Shown here one piece after another: positions 9,202-18,102 of a DNA stretch of 64,000 nucleotides. Made by a program: the position numbers and the translations under genes. Position 1 is the stretch's first letter, and each line of letters starts with the position of its first letter. Below the pieces are notes generated by a model. It searched no databases. It was given only the letters and a program-made list of their open reading frames with translations, and was not told where the DNA came from. Origin of the DNA: a virus. The stretch is taken from IMG/VR virus record IMGVR_UViG_3300017792_000017, positions 80,969-144,968 of that record. The stretch is one strand, 5' to 3'.

Positions 9202-10095
9202 TTAGAAGTTTAGAACAACTGCACCATTTACGTTACCGATACCAGCACCTACAGCTTCGTAAGTATGGAACTCGATAATGTCTGCTTCGGTCTTCAGGAA
9301 GACTGTCGGAGCTTGAAGCTCATAGAACTGACCAAGGTAGTTCTGAGGAGCAAAAACGATTGCTTGGTTCGTCGGGAGGATGTTAGCCTTGTTCGTGGTG
9401 ATGATCTTGTAACCGAAGAAGTTATCAAGAGTCGCTTCGCCTTGGAACAGTGCTGATGCTGCCGGTGAGCCTACGTCTGTTGCTGCAAAAGTCAGCAGAT
9501 CAGCGTACATTGATTGTGTCATAAGGATACAACCAACAGGTAGCTTGTTCAGAAGCATGAACTTGATACCAGCCATCAGGTTAGCCTTTGTAAAGCCACC
9601 AGCGATGGTGTGAACGTTGCTGTTTGCTGTAGCAATAGCGTTGATGTTTTGATAGAAGTTTACGTCTTCTTGTTCTTGAATATCCTTAACGCTGTTTTCT
9701 TGAAGGATAGTACGAATGTCGGTACGGTATGTAGCGAGTTCGAACTTGCTCTTACGGAAGTCAGCTGATTGGATCTTCTGGAATGTAACTGGGTAACGTT
9801 GTGTCTTCCAGTAACGGATTTCCGGACGGCCAAGGAACGGAGCAGTAGCAGCTACTGAATCAGGTTCCTTTTCAACGATAACCGTTGGTTCTTCAGTCAG
9901 TTGGCGATCAAGCTCTGAAGCTGTGATTTGAACTGGCGTAAGAATCTTACGGGTAAAGCCGTCTTCACGAAGCTTCTGACGTACGAAAGCTGACATTGCA
10001 GCTGAAGCTTCTTTGGTGTGACCTTGGTCAATCTTGTCTAGGAAAGATTGATTCAGGAATTGTACGTTTACTGTTTCTGTGTTATATGCGCTCAT
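9202..10095 (-). CDS. major capsid protein (HK97-type fold, putative)
   Basis: Follows protease, scaffold and decoration genes; strongly biased codon use; capsid-like C-terminus (YEAVGAGIGNVNGAVVLNF); KEA site at residues 28-30. Confidence 0.75.
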   Translation of the reverse strand: MSAYNTETVNVQFLNQSFLDKIDQGHTKEASAAMSAFVRQKLREDGFTRKILTPVQITASELDRQLTEEPTVIVEKEPDSVAATAPFLGRPEIRYWKTQRYPVTFQKIQSADFRKSKFELATYRTDIRTILQENSVKDIQEQEDVNFYQNINAIATANSNVHTIAGGFTKANLMAGIKFMLLNKLPVGCILMTQSMYADLLTFAATDVGSPAASALFQGEATLDNFFGYKIITTNKANILPTNQAIVFAPQNYLGQFYELQAPTVFLKTEADIIEFHTYEAVGAGIGNVNGAVVLNF

Positions 10096-10107
10096 TTTAT
10101 TGTCCTG

Positions 10108-10530
10108 TTACGATACTTTGATTGTAATATGAGCAGTTTGCGTTGAGCTTGCTGCAACAACGTCAAGTACGAAACCGAGAATAGGGTCTGTACCAGCTAG
10201 ACCCAGAGCGATTTGACCGCTTTTAACAGTAACAGGTGAACCAGGCTGATATGAGCCTGCTGCGAAGTTTGAGATGCTTGCAATGAAGTTACCCCAAAGA
10301 ACAACTGCCTTACCTGAGTAAGCTGATGAGCTACTATCGCCGTTACCAACAATTACTAGGCCGACTGAATTACTTGCTGCCGCTGCTGACTTGTCGATGG
10401 TGTTGTCTGATTGCTTGGCAACCCAGTCGCCGTTTTGCAGAGTAACACCTGACTTGATCGGCTCGACACGCTCTAGAGAACCATCATACGGCCAGCCACG
10501 GATGATCTCTGCGTTACGTTCCATTAACAT
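10108..10530 (-). CDS. putative head decoration protein
   Basis: 140 aa, beta-rich, immediately upstream of the MCP gene. Confidence 0.6.
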   Translation of the reverse strand: MLMERNAEIIRGWPYDGSLERVEPIKSGVTLQNGDWVAKQSDNTIDKSAAAASNSVGLVIVGNGDSSSSAYSGKAVVLWGNFIASISNFAAGSYQPGSPVTVKSGQIALGLAGTDPILGFVLDVVAASSTQTAHITIKVS

Positions 10531-10672
10531 ATTTATTTCCTTGTATATGTTTCTATTTTTAAATAAACCGAGTAAAGACTATATCTACTCGGCTCAAAAT
10601 TCTTTCACAACATTTCTATTTTAATGTGGAAAAATAGTAGTGTGGGAAATCGATTATTTTTAGCTAAAAAAT

Positions 10673-11272
10673 TTAGCTCAGCATGAATTCAAGAAGGGGA
10701 TCAGTCTTAGGACGAGCAAAGCCTACGCCATTACCCATTCCCCACGGTTCATCCATTGCAGATGCAACCTTCTGAAGAACTTCAGGAGAGACTCGTTGGA
10801 GTTGTTCCAGATCTTCTTGTGTGAACTGAGCGGCAGAAGCCAGCTTAGTGATTTGCTCAGGCATCTCTACAGGCACTTCTAGAGCCCTATCGAGTGCAAC
10901 TTGATGTTCGGTAGCCTGCTTCTCAATCTCAGCCTTCAGGCCTTCGATTTGGGCTTCTAGAGCATCAACGTATTCAGCTGTCTTGTGCAGAAGTTCAACC
11001 GTTGGATTTTCATCTACTTCAAGAACGAAGTTTGAAAGTTCAGCAACGTTAATGTTTGCTGCTTTAACAAGCTTTACAGCTTCTTCATGATCAACGCCCT
11101 TCATAGCTAGAGCTGACGTAGCCTCTTTTTCCATGATATGTTGAGCTACTTGATAACGAGCATCTGCATCGCTAAAACCAGCTTGCTTAAGATGTTCGAT
11201 AGCAACAGCTTCGGGAGTTGCAAGACGAACTGTTTCAGCGTGGTCTTTGAGGATTGTTGATAGTTTAGTCAT
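10673..11272 (-). CDS. scaffold/core-like protein rich in KxA sites
   Basis: Likely start MTKLS at 11272; acidic and helical; about 7 KxA motifs. Confidence 0.6.
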   Translation of the reverse strand: MTKLSTILKDHAETVRLATPEAVAIEHLKQAGFSDADARYQVAQHIMEKEATSALAMKGVDHEEAVKLVKAANINVAELSNFVLEVDENPTVELLHKTAEYVDALEAQIEGLKAEIEKQATEHQVALDRALEVPVEMPEQITKLASAAQFTQEDLEQLQRVSPEVLQKVASAMDEPWGMGNGVGFARPKTDPLLEFMLS

Positions 11273-11693
11273 TTGTCTTTTTGCTATGGAGCGGGCTAAA
11301 ACCTGCATTAGCCATGCGCTTATTGTGATCGATATGCCCAGAAATTTTACCAGCTAAAGTAACACCTAGAGAACCGGCGATGAGACCTGCGTTAAATTTT
11401 CCAAGTTTTTTTCCAGCAAGTAAAGCTTCTCTAGAAAAACCTTCTGGCACTCCAGTTGAGAGCATTTTTCTATGAGCAGCCTCTACTAGAGAAGTGCCAG
11501 CTTTAGCACCTGCGAATCCTGCAGCTGCCATCGAGCCTAAAGCTATGCCGGGATGTACGCCTTTGGCTTCATGGTATTTCTTAAAGTCAGATTTATCCAA
11601 ATTCACGCTTTTGATATTGAAAAACTTCTTATCATCTGAGTGAGGCTTAACCTGATAACTTTCAGCAACTTTCTCTAAGTACTTATTGGACAT
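11265..11693 (-). CDS. NKYLEKVA-tagged internal head protein with Gly/Ala hydrophobic segments
   Basis: MSNKYLEKVAES start. Confidence 0.6.
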   Translation of the reverse strand: MSNKYLEKVAESYQVKPHSDDKKFFNIKSVNLDKSDFKKYHEAKGVHPGIALGSMAAAGFAGAKAGTSLVEAAHRKMLSTGVPEGFSREALLAGKKLGKFNAGLIAGSLGVTLAGKISGHIDHNKRMANAGFSPLHSKKTND

Positions 11694-12108
11694 GTTTGTT
11701 AATCTGTTTATTTAGTTTAACACCAGCATAGTCTGCTGCTAAACCAGCTGCTCCACTTAACGCCATAATTTTAGCGTTGTGAAGTTTGGCACCTTGCCCG
11801 AATACCTTAGGCATAGAGTTCATCAGCTTATGAGCACCAAAGCCTGTAGCTGTGCCCAAACCAGCGATTACGCCAGTGTTGACCAGCTCTTGTTTATGTG
11901 TTAAATCCTGCGCAGCTTTATACAACGCTCTGGTAAAGAGAGTCTTAGCTCCCCGTATCAGTTTTGAACCAGGTGCCGTAATAGGCGCTGGTTCTTTTAC
12001 TTTCCCTAGGCTTACATCTTTCTTGACAATCATACCAGCCGATTTGATGCGACCTTGAGTGTCCATGTCAAAATTAAGACTAGCGATTTTTTCAAGATAT
12101 TTGTTCAT
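11683..12108 (-). CDS. NKYLEKIA-tagged internal head protein
   Basis: MNKYLEKIAS start; Gly-rich segments. Confidence 0.6.
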   Translation of the reverse strand: MNKYLEKIASLNFDMDTQGRIKSAGMIVKKDVSLGKVKEPAPITAPGSKLIRGAKTLFTRALYKAAQDLTHKQELVNTGVIAGLGTATGFGAHKLMNSMPKVFGQGAKLHNAKIMALSGAAGLAADYAGVKLNKQINKHVQ

Positions 12109-12177
12109 AGTTACCTAATAAAAAACCCCTCTACATCGAGGATACAGAGGGGTTCTTACTTTATAAAATCAAGCTAG

Positions 12178-12735
12178 TTAGTCTGCTTTAGATTTATGTT
12201 TCTTGTCTGCTAGAGCACCTTTGATTGCCGAGTAGGCTTTTCCGCCAAGGTATCCACCGCCGACAGATCCTGCAACAAGTCCTGGAAGTCCAGCTGCATG
12301 AACACCTGCTACAGCACCTGCAGTACCGGTTACGAATCCTGACAAGGTACCACCTACTTTATCACCTTTTTTGGATCCAGCATAACCACTTAGTGCACTA
12401 AGAAGAGCTTCTTTTTCTAACTCAGAAGCCTTCTTTTCTACTAGATCAACTGCATTTTCAAAATCCAGACCTGAGTCTACCAGAAGACTTACTGCAGCTT
12501 GTTTTTCTTGGTTTTTGTTCTTTTGTACTGCGGCGCCAACACCTAGACCTAAGACTCCTGCGCCAGTGGCCGCTGCTGCGACCCTAGCCTTATTCAGTGT
12601 GCGTGGAGCACCCATAACATTCTTGGGACCCCCACCTGAGCCTGGAATACGTGTGACTTTTTGAGCTAACGAAGTGCCTGGAACTTTACCCGCTAGTTGC
12701 AGGACACCCGCTTCTTTCGTTAGCCCAGCTTTTTT
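12178..12735 (-). CDS. -1 frameshift extension of the scaffold protein (glycine-zipper tail)
   Basis: Frame is open from the slippery site A AAA AAG (12735-12729) through the 12615 ORF; carries a third scaffold repeat. Confidence 0.65.
   Translation of the reverse strand, partial: KKAGLTKEAGVLQLAGKVPGTSLAQKVTRIPGSGGGPKNVMGAPRTLNKARVAAAATGAGVLGLGVGAAVQKNKNQEKQAAVSLLVDSGLDFENAVDLVEKKASELEKEALLSALSGYAGSKKGDKVGGTLSGFVTGTAGAVAGVHAAGLPGLVAGSVGGGYLGGKAYSAIKGALADKKHKSKAD
12662..12735 (-). promoter_or_regulatory. programmed -1 ribosomal frameshift signal (slippery heptamer + stem-loop)
   Basis: A AAA AAG followed by the stem TGGGCTAACGAA/TTCGTTAGCTCA with further internal pairing. Confidence 0.7.
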
Positions 12736-13583
12736 ACCAAGTTTACTGCGGTGTCAAAATCGAAGCCAGCTTCGATGAAGTGTGACAGTGCAGCTTGCTT
12801 AACTTGTGAAGCTTCTTCACGTTCGATTTCTTCAGCAGCTTCCTTGACCATGTTTACTGCATCGTCAAATTCAAAGCCTTGTTCTACGAGTGATGAAACT
12901 GCAGCAGCCTTTTCTTGACCAGCCGTTACCCAACCACCAGTTTGAACTTGGTTAGGAGCTTGTGCACCGATTTGTGCGCCTTCATCCTTAGCAACGCCAG
13001 GAGCAGGATTTTGATCAACTGGAGCAGCGCCACGAGCCATTGCGTCAGCAACGATTGCGTCGAAGATTTGGTTGATTGTACCACCATTACCCTTGCCGTC
13101 TGTGCCGGGTTGGTTCTGGATGATAGCATCTTGTTCAGCTACTTGAGCTGCAAGATCTTGTTGTGTCTTGTTCGGTACAGCATTACCAATACCGTTAACG
13201 GTATTTTGGTCACCTACTGAAGCCAGCTTTTCAAGAAGAGCTTCGGCTAGTGCCTTGCCTGCGTCAGCAGCTTGTTTGTTCATAGTATCCTCTGGTTTAA
13301 CTTGATCAAGTTTAATGGATGCAACTTTTTGCATTACTTCTTTTGCTAAGTCAGCGCCTTTAGCCGCAGCTTCTTTGACACGTTCATCAGCATCGTTCTT
13401 CTCTTTGGCGTCCTTGACTTCTTCCTTAGCTTCCTTTACATCTTTGTCAGCTTTGTCGATAGCCTTTTCTGCCTTATCTTCATCTTTCTTTTCTTCTTTC
13501 TCTGTATCTTCACTAGCTACTTTATGGAGGCCAGCTTCTTTTTGCAGATCATTAAGAAGACCGTCTAGAGTGAAACTCATCAT
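12720..13583 (-). CDS. prohead scaffolding protein
   Basis: Directly downstream of the protease; acidic and helical; 9 or more KxA sites; C-terminal helical repeats. Confidence 0.7.
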   Translation of the reverse strand: MMSFTLDGLLNDLQKEAGLHKVASEDTEKEEKKDEDKAEKAIDKADKDVKEAKEEVKDAKEKNDADERVKEAAAKGADLAKEVMQKVASIKLDQVKPEDTMNKQAADAGKALAEALLEKLASVGDQNTVNGIGNAVPNKTQQDLAAQVAEQDAIIQNQPGTDGKGNGGTINQIFDAIVADAMARGAAPVDQNPAPGVAKDEGAQIGAQAPNQVQTGGWVTAGQEKAAAVSSLVEQGFEFDDAVNMVKEAAEEIEREEASQVKQAALSHFIEAGFDFDTAVNLVKKLG

Positions 13584-13641
13584 GACTAATATCCTTTTTT
13601 AATAGGGCTACGTTGAATTGTAGCCTTTCGAAAATCTTAGG

Positions 13642-15156
13642 TCAATTCTTTTTCTTCTGAACCAACTTAACCATCGCTGTTTTGGCGAGTTTGTAAGTCA
13701 GCTTATAGTCAGAAGCAGATTTAACTAAAACTATTTTAACACCATCTGAAGCCTTGTTCAATTCTTGCTCTTTCATTTTCCGCTCTATTGCTTGGGTAAT
13801 GTACCACTTAGCAGCTAGAGCAGCTCCGCCGATAGCAGCAATGGCAGTAAGCATCTTCATCAAACTTGACTTATTCCCTTCTTCTGACTTGAGATTCTGT
13901 TCACGGAACTTTTCGTAAATCGTAGGTTCGATGTGAGGACCGTTGCCGACAAAGCCAACATTAGTACCCTGTACATAACCGTAAGTCGAAGCCTGTTTGT
14001 TCAGCGATACACGTTCCTCAACATACTGTGGAAGATACGAGGCATCCTGCATATGAGGAAGCATAGCATGAACGATACCGATGTTGGGTTCTGTAATTTC
14101 ACCGAAATCACGGTCGAATTCGGGAATAGCAGTAAGACCAACCTTATCAAAATATGCAGCAGCCATTGGGCCAATGCCGCGCCCTTCTTCACCCATCAAT
14201 TTTCTAGCAATCAGTTCAGCGAGAAAACCAATCGAAGGGCTAATGCCAAGATGAGCAAAGGTACTAAAAGTCTCATTAAGCTTATAATTTCGAAGAACAT
14301 CGATAACCGATCCTTGCGGATCACTAACTCGTGATACAAGATTATCAAGATTAGAATCGATAGATACAACATCGCCATCAATCTCCTTCGTTAATTCTGA
14401 AAGCTTTTTAAGAGTAGCACTCTTCTGTAACGGAAGGTCATTTAGACCAGCCATTAGCGCCTCATCCACTGAACCAATCACTTCGCTTTCAGATGCTACT
14501 TTCTGTAGAACTGCGCTAGTTACGTCTGCTGGACGAAATACAATAGAGATGTCGAAGAATCGCAATGGAGCCAAGTTAAGCGCCATTACCTTACGACCAT
14601 CAGGGAAAACCTTACCCAACTGTTCGCTTAGATGCTCACAATACTCTTCACGGGTACGAGCTTTGTTACCACAAATTGAACAAACATCGAAAGGTGTACG
14701 GCAAGCCATTGAAGTCTTTGGCCAGTCACCGCTTTCGATACGATCAACGATGTCTGGAGCCTTGTCGTTCCAAAGCTCAGCGATAAGCTCAACGCGGTGC
14801 ATTCTGTCGTTGTAGACAGAGTACACAACTTGACCAATAGCGATTTCGGGATTTTTGTTTACGTGGTTTCTGAAAATATGGGCAGGAGCAGTCTCAAAGG
14901 TATTGTGGTAATCAATGAGGTTACTTTCTGGGAAGTAGTCAGCATTACGGTTTGCACCATAAAACTCTCCAGCACCCATAGCTAGAATGTGAAGATACGT
15001 CTTGCCCTGAATGGGCGTTAGTTTAGAAGCGAATTCTTGAATGCGAGAATCCGTAGCCTGCTTAATAAGACTGCCTGTAAGATCTTTGGGATCGAGAATA
15101 GTTACCTGTGGTTCTTCACGGTAAAAAGAAGACGTATCGATTAGTTTAGTTAGCAT
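13642..15156 (-). CDS. prohead maturation protease with Zn ribbon
   Basis: FRNHVN...AIGQV, TSMACRTPFDVCSICGN, CEHL, FFDISIVFRPAD: HK97/herpes-type protease layout. Confidence 0.7.
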   Translation of the reverse strand: MLTKLIDTSSFYREEPQVTILDPKDLTGSLIKQATDSRIQEFASKLTPIQGKTYLHILAMGAGEFYGANRNADYFPESNLIDYHNTFETAPAHIFRNHVNKNPEIAIGQVVYSVYNDRMHRVELIAELWNDKAPDIVDRIESGDWPKTSMACRTPFDVCSICGNKARTREEYCEHLSEQLGKVFPDGRKVMALNLAPLRFFDISIVFRPADVTSAVLQKVASESEVIGSVDEALMAGLNDLPLQKSATLKKLSELTKEIDGDVVSIDSNLDNLVSRVSDPQGSVIDVLRNYKLNETFSTFAHLGISPSIGFLAELIARKLMGEEGRGIGPMAAAYFDKVGLTAIPEFDRDFGEITEPNIGIVHAMLPHMQDASYLPQYVEERVSLNKQASTYGYVQGTNVGFVGNGPHIEPTIYEKFREQNLKSEEGNKSSLMKMLTAIAAIGGAALAAKWYITQAIERKMKEQELNKASDGVKIVLVKSASDYKLTYKLAKTAMVKLVQKKKN

Positions 15157-15179
15157 AGTTCTATTTTACAGGCGAATCT

Positions 15180-15989
15180 TTATTTTGACTCTTTCTTCGG
15201 ATGCCACTTGTCCATAATTTTCTTGGCAAGATATGCACCGGCTACTGGGATTGCAGCCCCAACAGCATAAGAGCCCATTTGCGAAGGTAGAAGCTTGCGT
15301 ACATACTTATTAGCAGCGGCAGCTCCCTTGTGGGCTTTAATTCCTTTGTATGCATGGTAATTAGCAGCAGCTTCTTCTCTTAAAGTTAGTGCGCCAGGAA
15401 TAGCTGCAACGGCTGGAGCGTAATCACGAGTCTTGTCATTTGAAAGAGCTGCAATGGTAGCAACACTACTTACTCCGGGCATTTTGGCAATTGGAGCCAA
15501 CGCTTTAAGCTTTCCGTAACTTTGGAAGTCTTTGGCGTGGCCAAGTTCATGCATTAGAACGTCAGCGTTCTTAACAGTCTTTCCACCATTTCTTAATCCT
15601 ACTACAAAGTCTTTTTGAGCACCTACCCCTCTGGTACGTAGAAACGCAGGTCCAGGAGCGTCATTACTAGCTAAGTGTTTATAAATCTTTCCCAAAGGAT
15701 TCTTTGAAAAAGTCATTTTATCTACATTGTGCTTTCTAGTATTGAAAGTAGTGGTTTTATGTAAACCATTATCTTTCATAAACTTTCTAAGGGTGTGGTG
15801 ATCTGCTCCAGAATCGCTGTGAGAAGCTGATATTGCAGATACAACTTTTCTAGATACTGCATGCTGTAGGGCACCACCGGCTACTCCCGCAGAAAAGCCT
15901 CCAAGCAAGGAGGCTCCTACTGCTGAAACAACTTTAGACTTATCTTTGTTCTTGTCTGATGCTATTTTTTCTAAATACTTATTTTGCAT
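15180..15989 (-). CDS. NKYLEKIA-tagged zinc metallopeptidase (zincin)
   Basis: MQNKYLEKIAS; HELGH with downstream EEAAAN; hydrophobic segments. Confidence 0.65.
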   Translation of the reverse strand: MQNKYLEKIASDKNKDKSKVVSAVGASLLGGFSAGVAGGALQHAVSRKVVSAISASHSDSGADHHTLRKFMKDNGLHKTTTFNTRKHNVDKMTFSKNPLGKIYKHLASNDAPGPAFLRTRGVGAQKDFVVGLRNGGKTVKNADVLMHELGHAKDFQSYGKLKALAPIAKMPGVSSVATIAALSNDKTRDYAPAVAAIPGALTLREEAAANYHAYKGIKAHKGAAAANKYVRKLLPSQMGSYAVGAAIPVAGAYLAKKIMDKWHPKKESK

Positions 15990-16293
15990 TTTGGTCAGGG
16001 ACTAATTTCAGATTTACGGTTACCTTAGGCTTTTTCCTAAGAGCCTCTGAAATACCCTTAAGCTCGTTCAGCGATTGCGCCTCAAGTACGCCACGTTTTT
16101 TATTGTCAAGCTTATTCTCTAGGCTATTACTATAATTAGCAGCGCCTAGAGAGAGACCGGCAGCAGACATACCCAGACCAACTTTAGAAGTTGTTGAGCT
16201 TCGTTTCCAGCCCTTCGCAAAACTTTTGCCGAAACCAGTTATGGATTCAGCTACAGCTTTTGCGGATGCGATTTTCTCTAGGTACTTATTCAT
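15979..16293 (-). CDS. NKYLEKIA-tagged basic internal protein
   Basis: MNKYLEKIAS start; VGLGMSAAGLSLGAA segment. Confidence 0.6.
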   Translation of the reverse strand: MNKYLEKIASAKAVAESITGFGKSFAKGWKRSSTTSKVGLGMSAAGLSLGAANYSNSLENKLDNKKRGVLEAQSLNELKGISEALRKKPKVTVNLKLVPDQNAK

Positions 16294-16295
16294 AT

Positions 16296-16844
16296 TTATA
16301 GGAACGACTTAGGTGAGAACGAACTGTTATCTTTCCAACGACCTTCTAGATCTGTAAGACTCTTGATAGTCATAATATCAATGCCGTCACCATGAACTGC
16401 GTTGGTAAGAACAGATTGTAGCAGATTAGGATCAGTTGCAACCATAGGTGCAAACTTATAGATTGTATCTGCGTAATGCTCTACCTTAGAACGCTCAGCG
16501 GTCTGAAGGATATGAGAGTTTGAAATAGCTTGTAGAAGAGCCTTCTTAAAGCGATTATAGCGAAATTGATCTACTACGCTCTTCGCTGCACCTGAAAACA
16601 TCCAAAGACCTGTACCTACTGCAAGTCCACCTGCTGATTTACCAGCTTGTTCCAGAAAGCCCTTTGCAACGCTTTCGCCTGGACCCATAACACGGGATTG
16701 AGCAGCATTAGCTTGTTTTTCAACTTCTTCAGCAGCTTCTTTTTCAAGCATTACATGCGTAACAAAACCGGCTAGAAATTCATCAGCCAGTTTTTCGTCT
16801 CCAGCAAACTTCTCAAGACCCATTTGCTTAACTTCATTTAACAT
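16296..16844 (-). CDS. putative processed internal head protein
   Basis: LEKFA, LEKEA and VEKQA sites followed by a Gly-rich segment. Confidence 0.55.
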   Translation of the reverse strand: MLNEVKQMGLEKFAGDEKLADEFLAGFVTHVMLEKEAAEEVEKQANAAQSRVMGPGESVAKGFLEQAGKSAGGLAVGTGLWMFSGAAKSVVDQFRYNRFKKALLQAISNSHILQTAERSKVEHYADTIYKFAPMVATDPNLLQSVLTNAVHGDGIDIMTIKSLTDLEGRWKDNSSFSPKSFL

Positions 16845-16872
16845 TTTATGTTGTTCCTTTATTCAATCTTTA

Positions 16873-17955
16873 TTAATCACGCTGGAGAGCGCTCCAGACA
16901 TCGTTACTTCTACCGGTTGTCTTGTCTACACCTGGATCATAGAAAGCTGCATCAGCTATAGGACCAGCAGCATTAAACAAAGACTTACCAGCGCTTACTG
17001 TAGTCTTACCGATAGCCTTTGCTGTATTTTTTATGGTGGGTTTACCAAGTGCTGAAAGATTGTCTTTAACAGACTTATTAACAGCTCCGCCTACTGCCTT
17101 TGCTACTCTCATCGGAGAAGATGCTACAGTACCGATTATCTTACCTGCTGCGTATGCCGGGTTAGCTTTTTGAGCAGTAACCTTAGCAGAAGCTGCAGCT
17201 CCGTTCATGGCCCTAGTGAACATGTTTGATTTTACACCTTGCGCAGCATCAGCAGCGCGTTTCTGAAGACCAGAACGCTCACGTTGTTCACGAACAAGTT
17301 CACGAGCTTGTTTGTACAGATCTGCAAAAGCATTTACTTCTTTAAGCTGAGCTGATTTAAATAGACCTAGCTCACCAATATCACGATACGCTTTAACTTC
17401 GCCAGAAACGAGGACAGAAAGCTCTGAGAACGTTTGTTCTTCTGTGACACATGCCAGCTTATCCATCCATGCATCATCCTTGCTAAGAGCCTTTGCGGCC
17501 TTCACAAGCGTATCTGCTAAAACGATAGCATCAATCTCTAGGCGATCAAGAGCTTCTTTGTTAGCTGCTGCTGACTTTATAAGATATGTGAGCTTCTCTG
17601 CTTCTACTAATTCTAGTTCGTGGCTTGAAGCTTCTTTCTCAAGATTTGCTTGAAGCTCTTCTGCTTTTACTTGTGCTACTTTTTCTTGAAAACCTTCAGG
17701 AATCGTAGCTGCTGACATTACTTCAGCAAACTTAGCTAGGGGGAATTCTACTGTGCGGTCTTCTGCATGTTGAAGAACCTTCAAATAAGCAATGTTATTC
17801 GTTGATTCAACAGCACGCTTCACTTGTTCTACATTCAGTTCGTAAGCGGCTGCTTGTTTAGCAAGGCCCTTGCTCAGAGGAACTTTATTGTTCAGGAAAT
17901 CTTCAACTGCTTGAACTGAGATATCCCGAATAAGTTCAGGGGTTACGTTTGCCAT
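16873..17955 (-). CDS. putative inner-head/core protein rich in KxA sites
   Basis: About 11 KxA motifs; TAAAATA at 17978-17984; likely start MANVT. Confidence 0.55.
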   Translation of the reverse strand: MANVTPELIRDISVQAVEDFLNNKVPLSKGLAKQAAAYELNVEQVKRAVESTNNIAYLKVLQHAEDRTVEFPLAKFAEVMSAATIPEGFQEKVAQVKAEELQANLEKEASSHELELVEAEKLTYLIKSAAANKEALDRLEIDAIVLADTLVKAAKALSKDDAWMDKLACVTEEQTFSELSVLVSGEVKAYRDIGELGLFKSAQLKEVNAFADLYKQARELVREQRERSGLQKRAADAAQGVKSNMFTRAMNGAAASAKVTAQKANPAYAAGKIIGTVASSPMRVAKAVGGAVNKSVKDNLSALGKPTIKNTAKAIGKTTVSAGKSLFNAAGPIADAAFYDPGVDKTTGRSNDVWSALQRD

Positions 17956-18100
17956 TCTTGGCTCCATTCTGTGACTTTATTTTAACCTTGGCTGACAAGG
18001 ATATAAAAGGCTTCTTGGGATGCTTAATAGCCTTTTGACCTTTACGCATCGTAAGCTGACCCTTCTTTTTAGACGCTATTTTTTCTAGGTATATGTTCAT
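17936..18100 (-). CDS. 54-aa highly basic tagged protein (MNIYLEKIASKKKG...)
   Basis: Translated by hand; missed by the ORF track; carries the tag. Confidence 0.65.
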   Translation of the reverse strand: MNIYLEKIASKKKGQLTMRKGQKAIKHPKKPFISLSAKVKIKSQNGAKNGKRNP

Positions 18101-18102
18101 AA

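Noticed and set aside
12178-12615. Independent gene starting at ATG 12615
   Set aside because: No clear RBS, and the frame is open up to a slippery site; better explained as a frameshift extension
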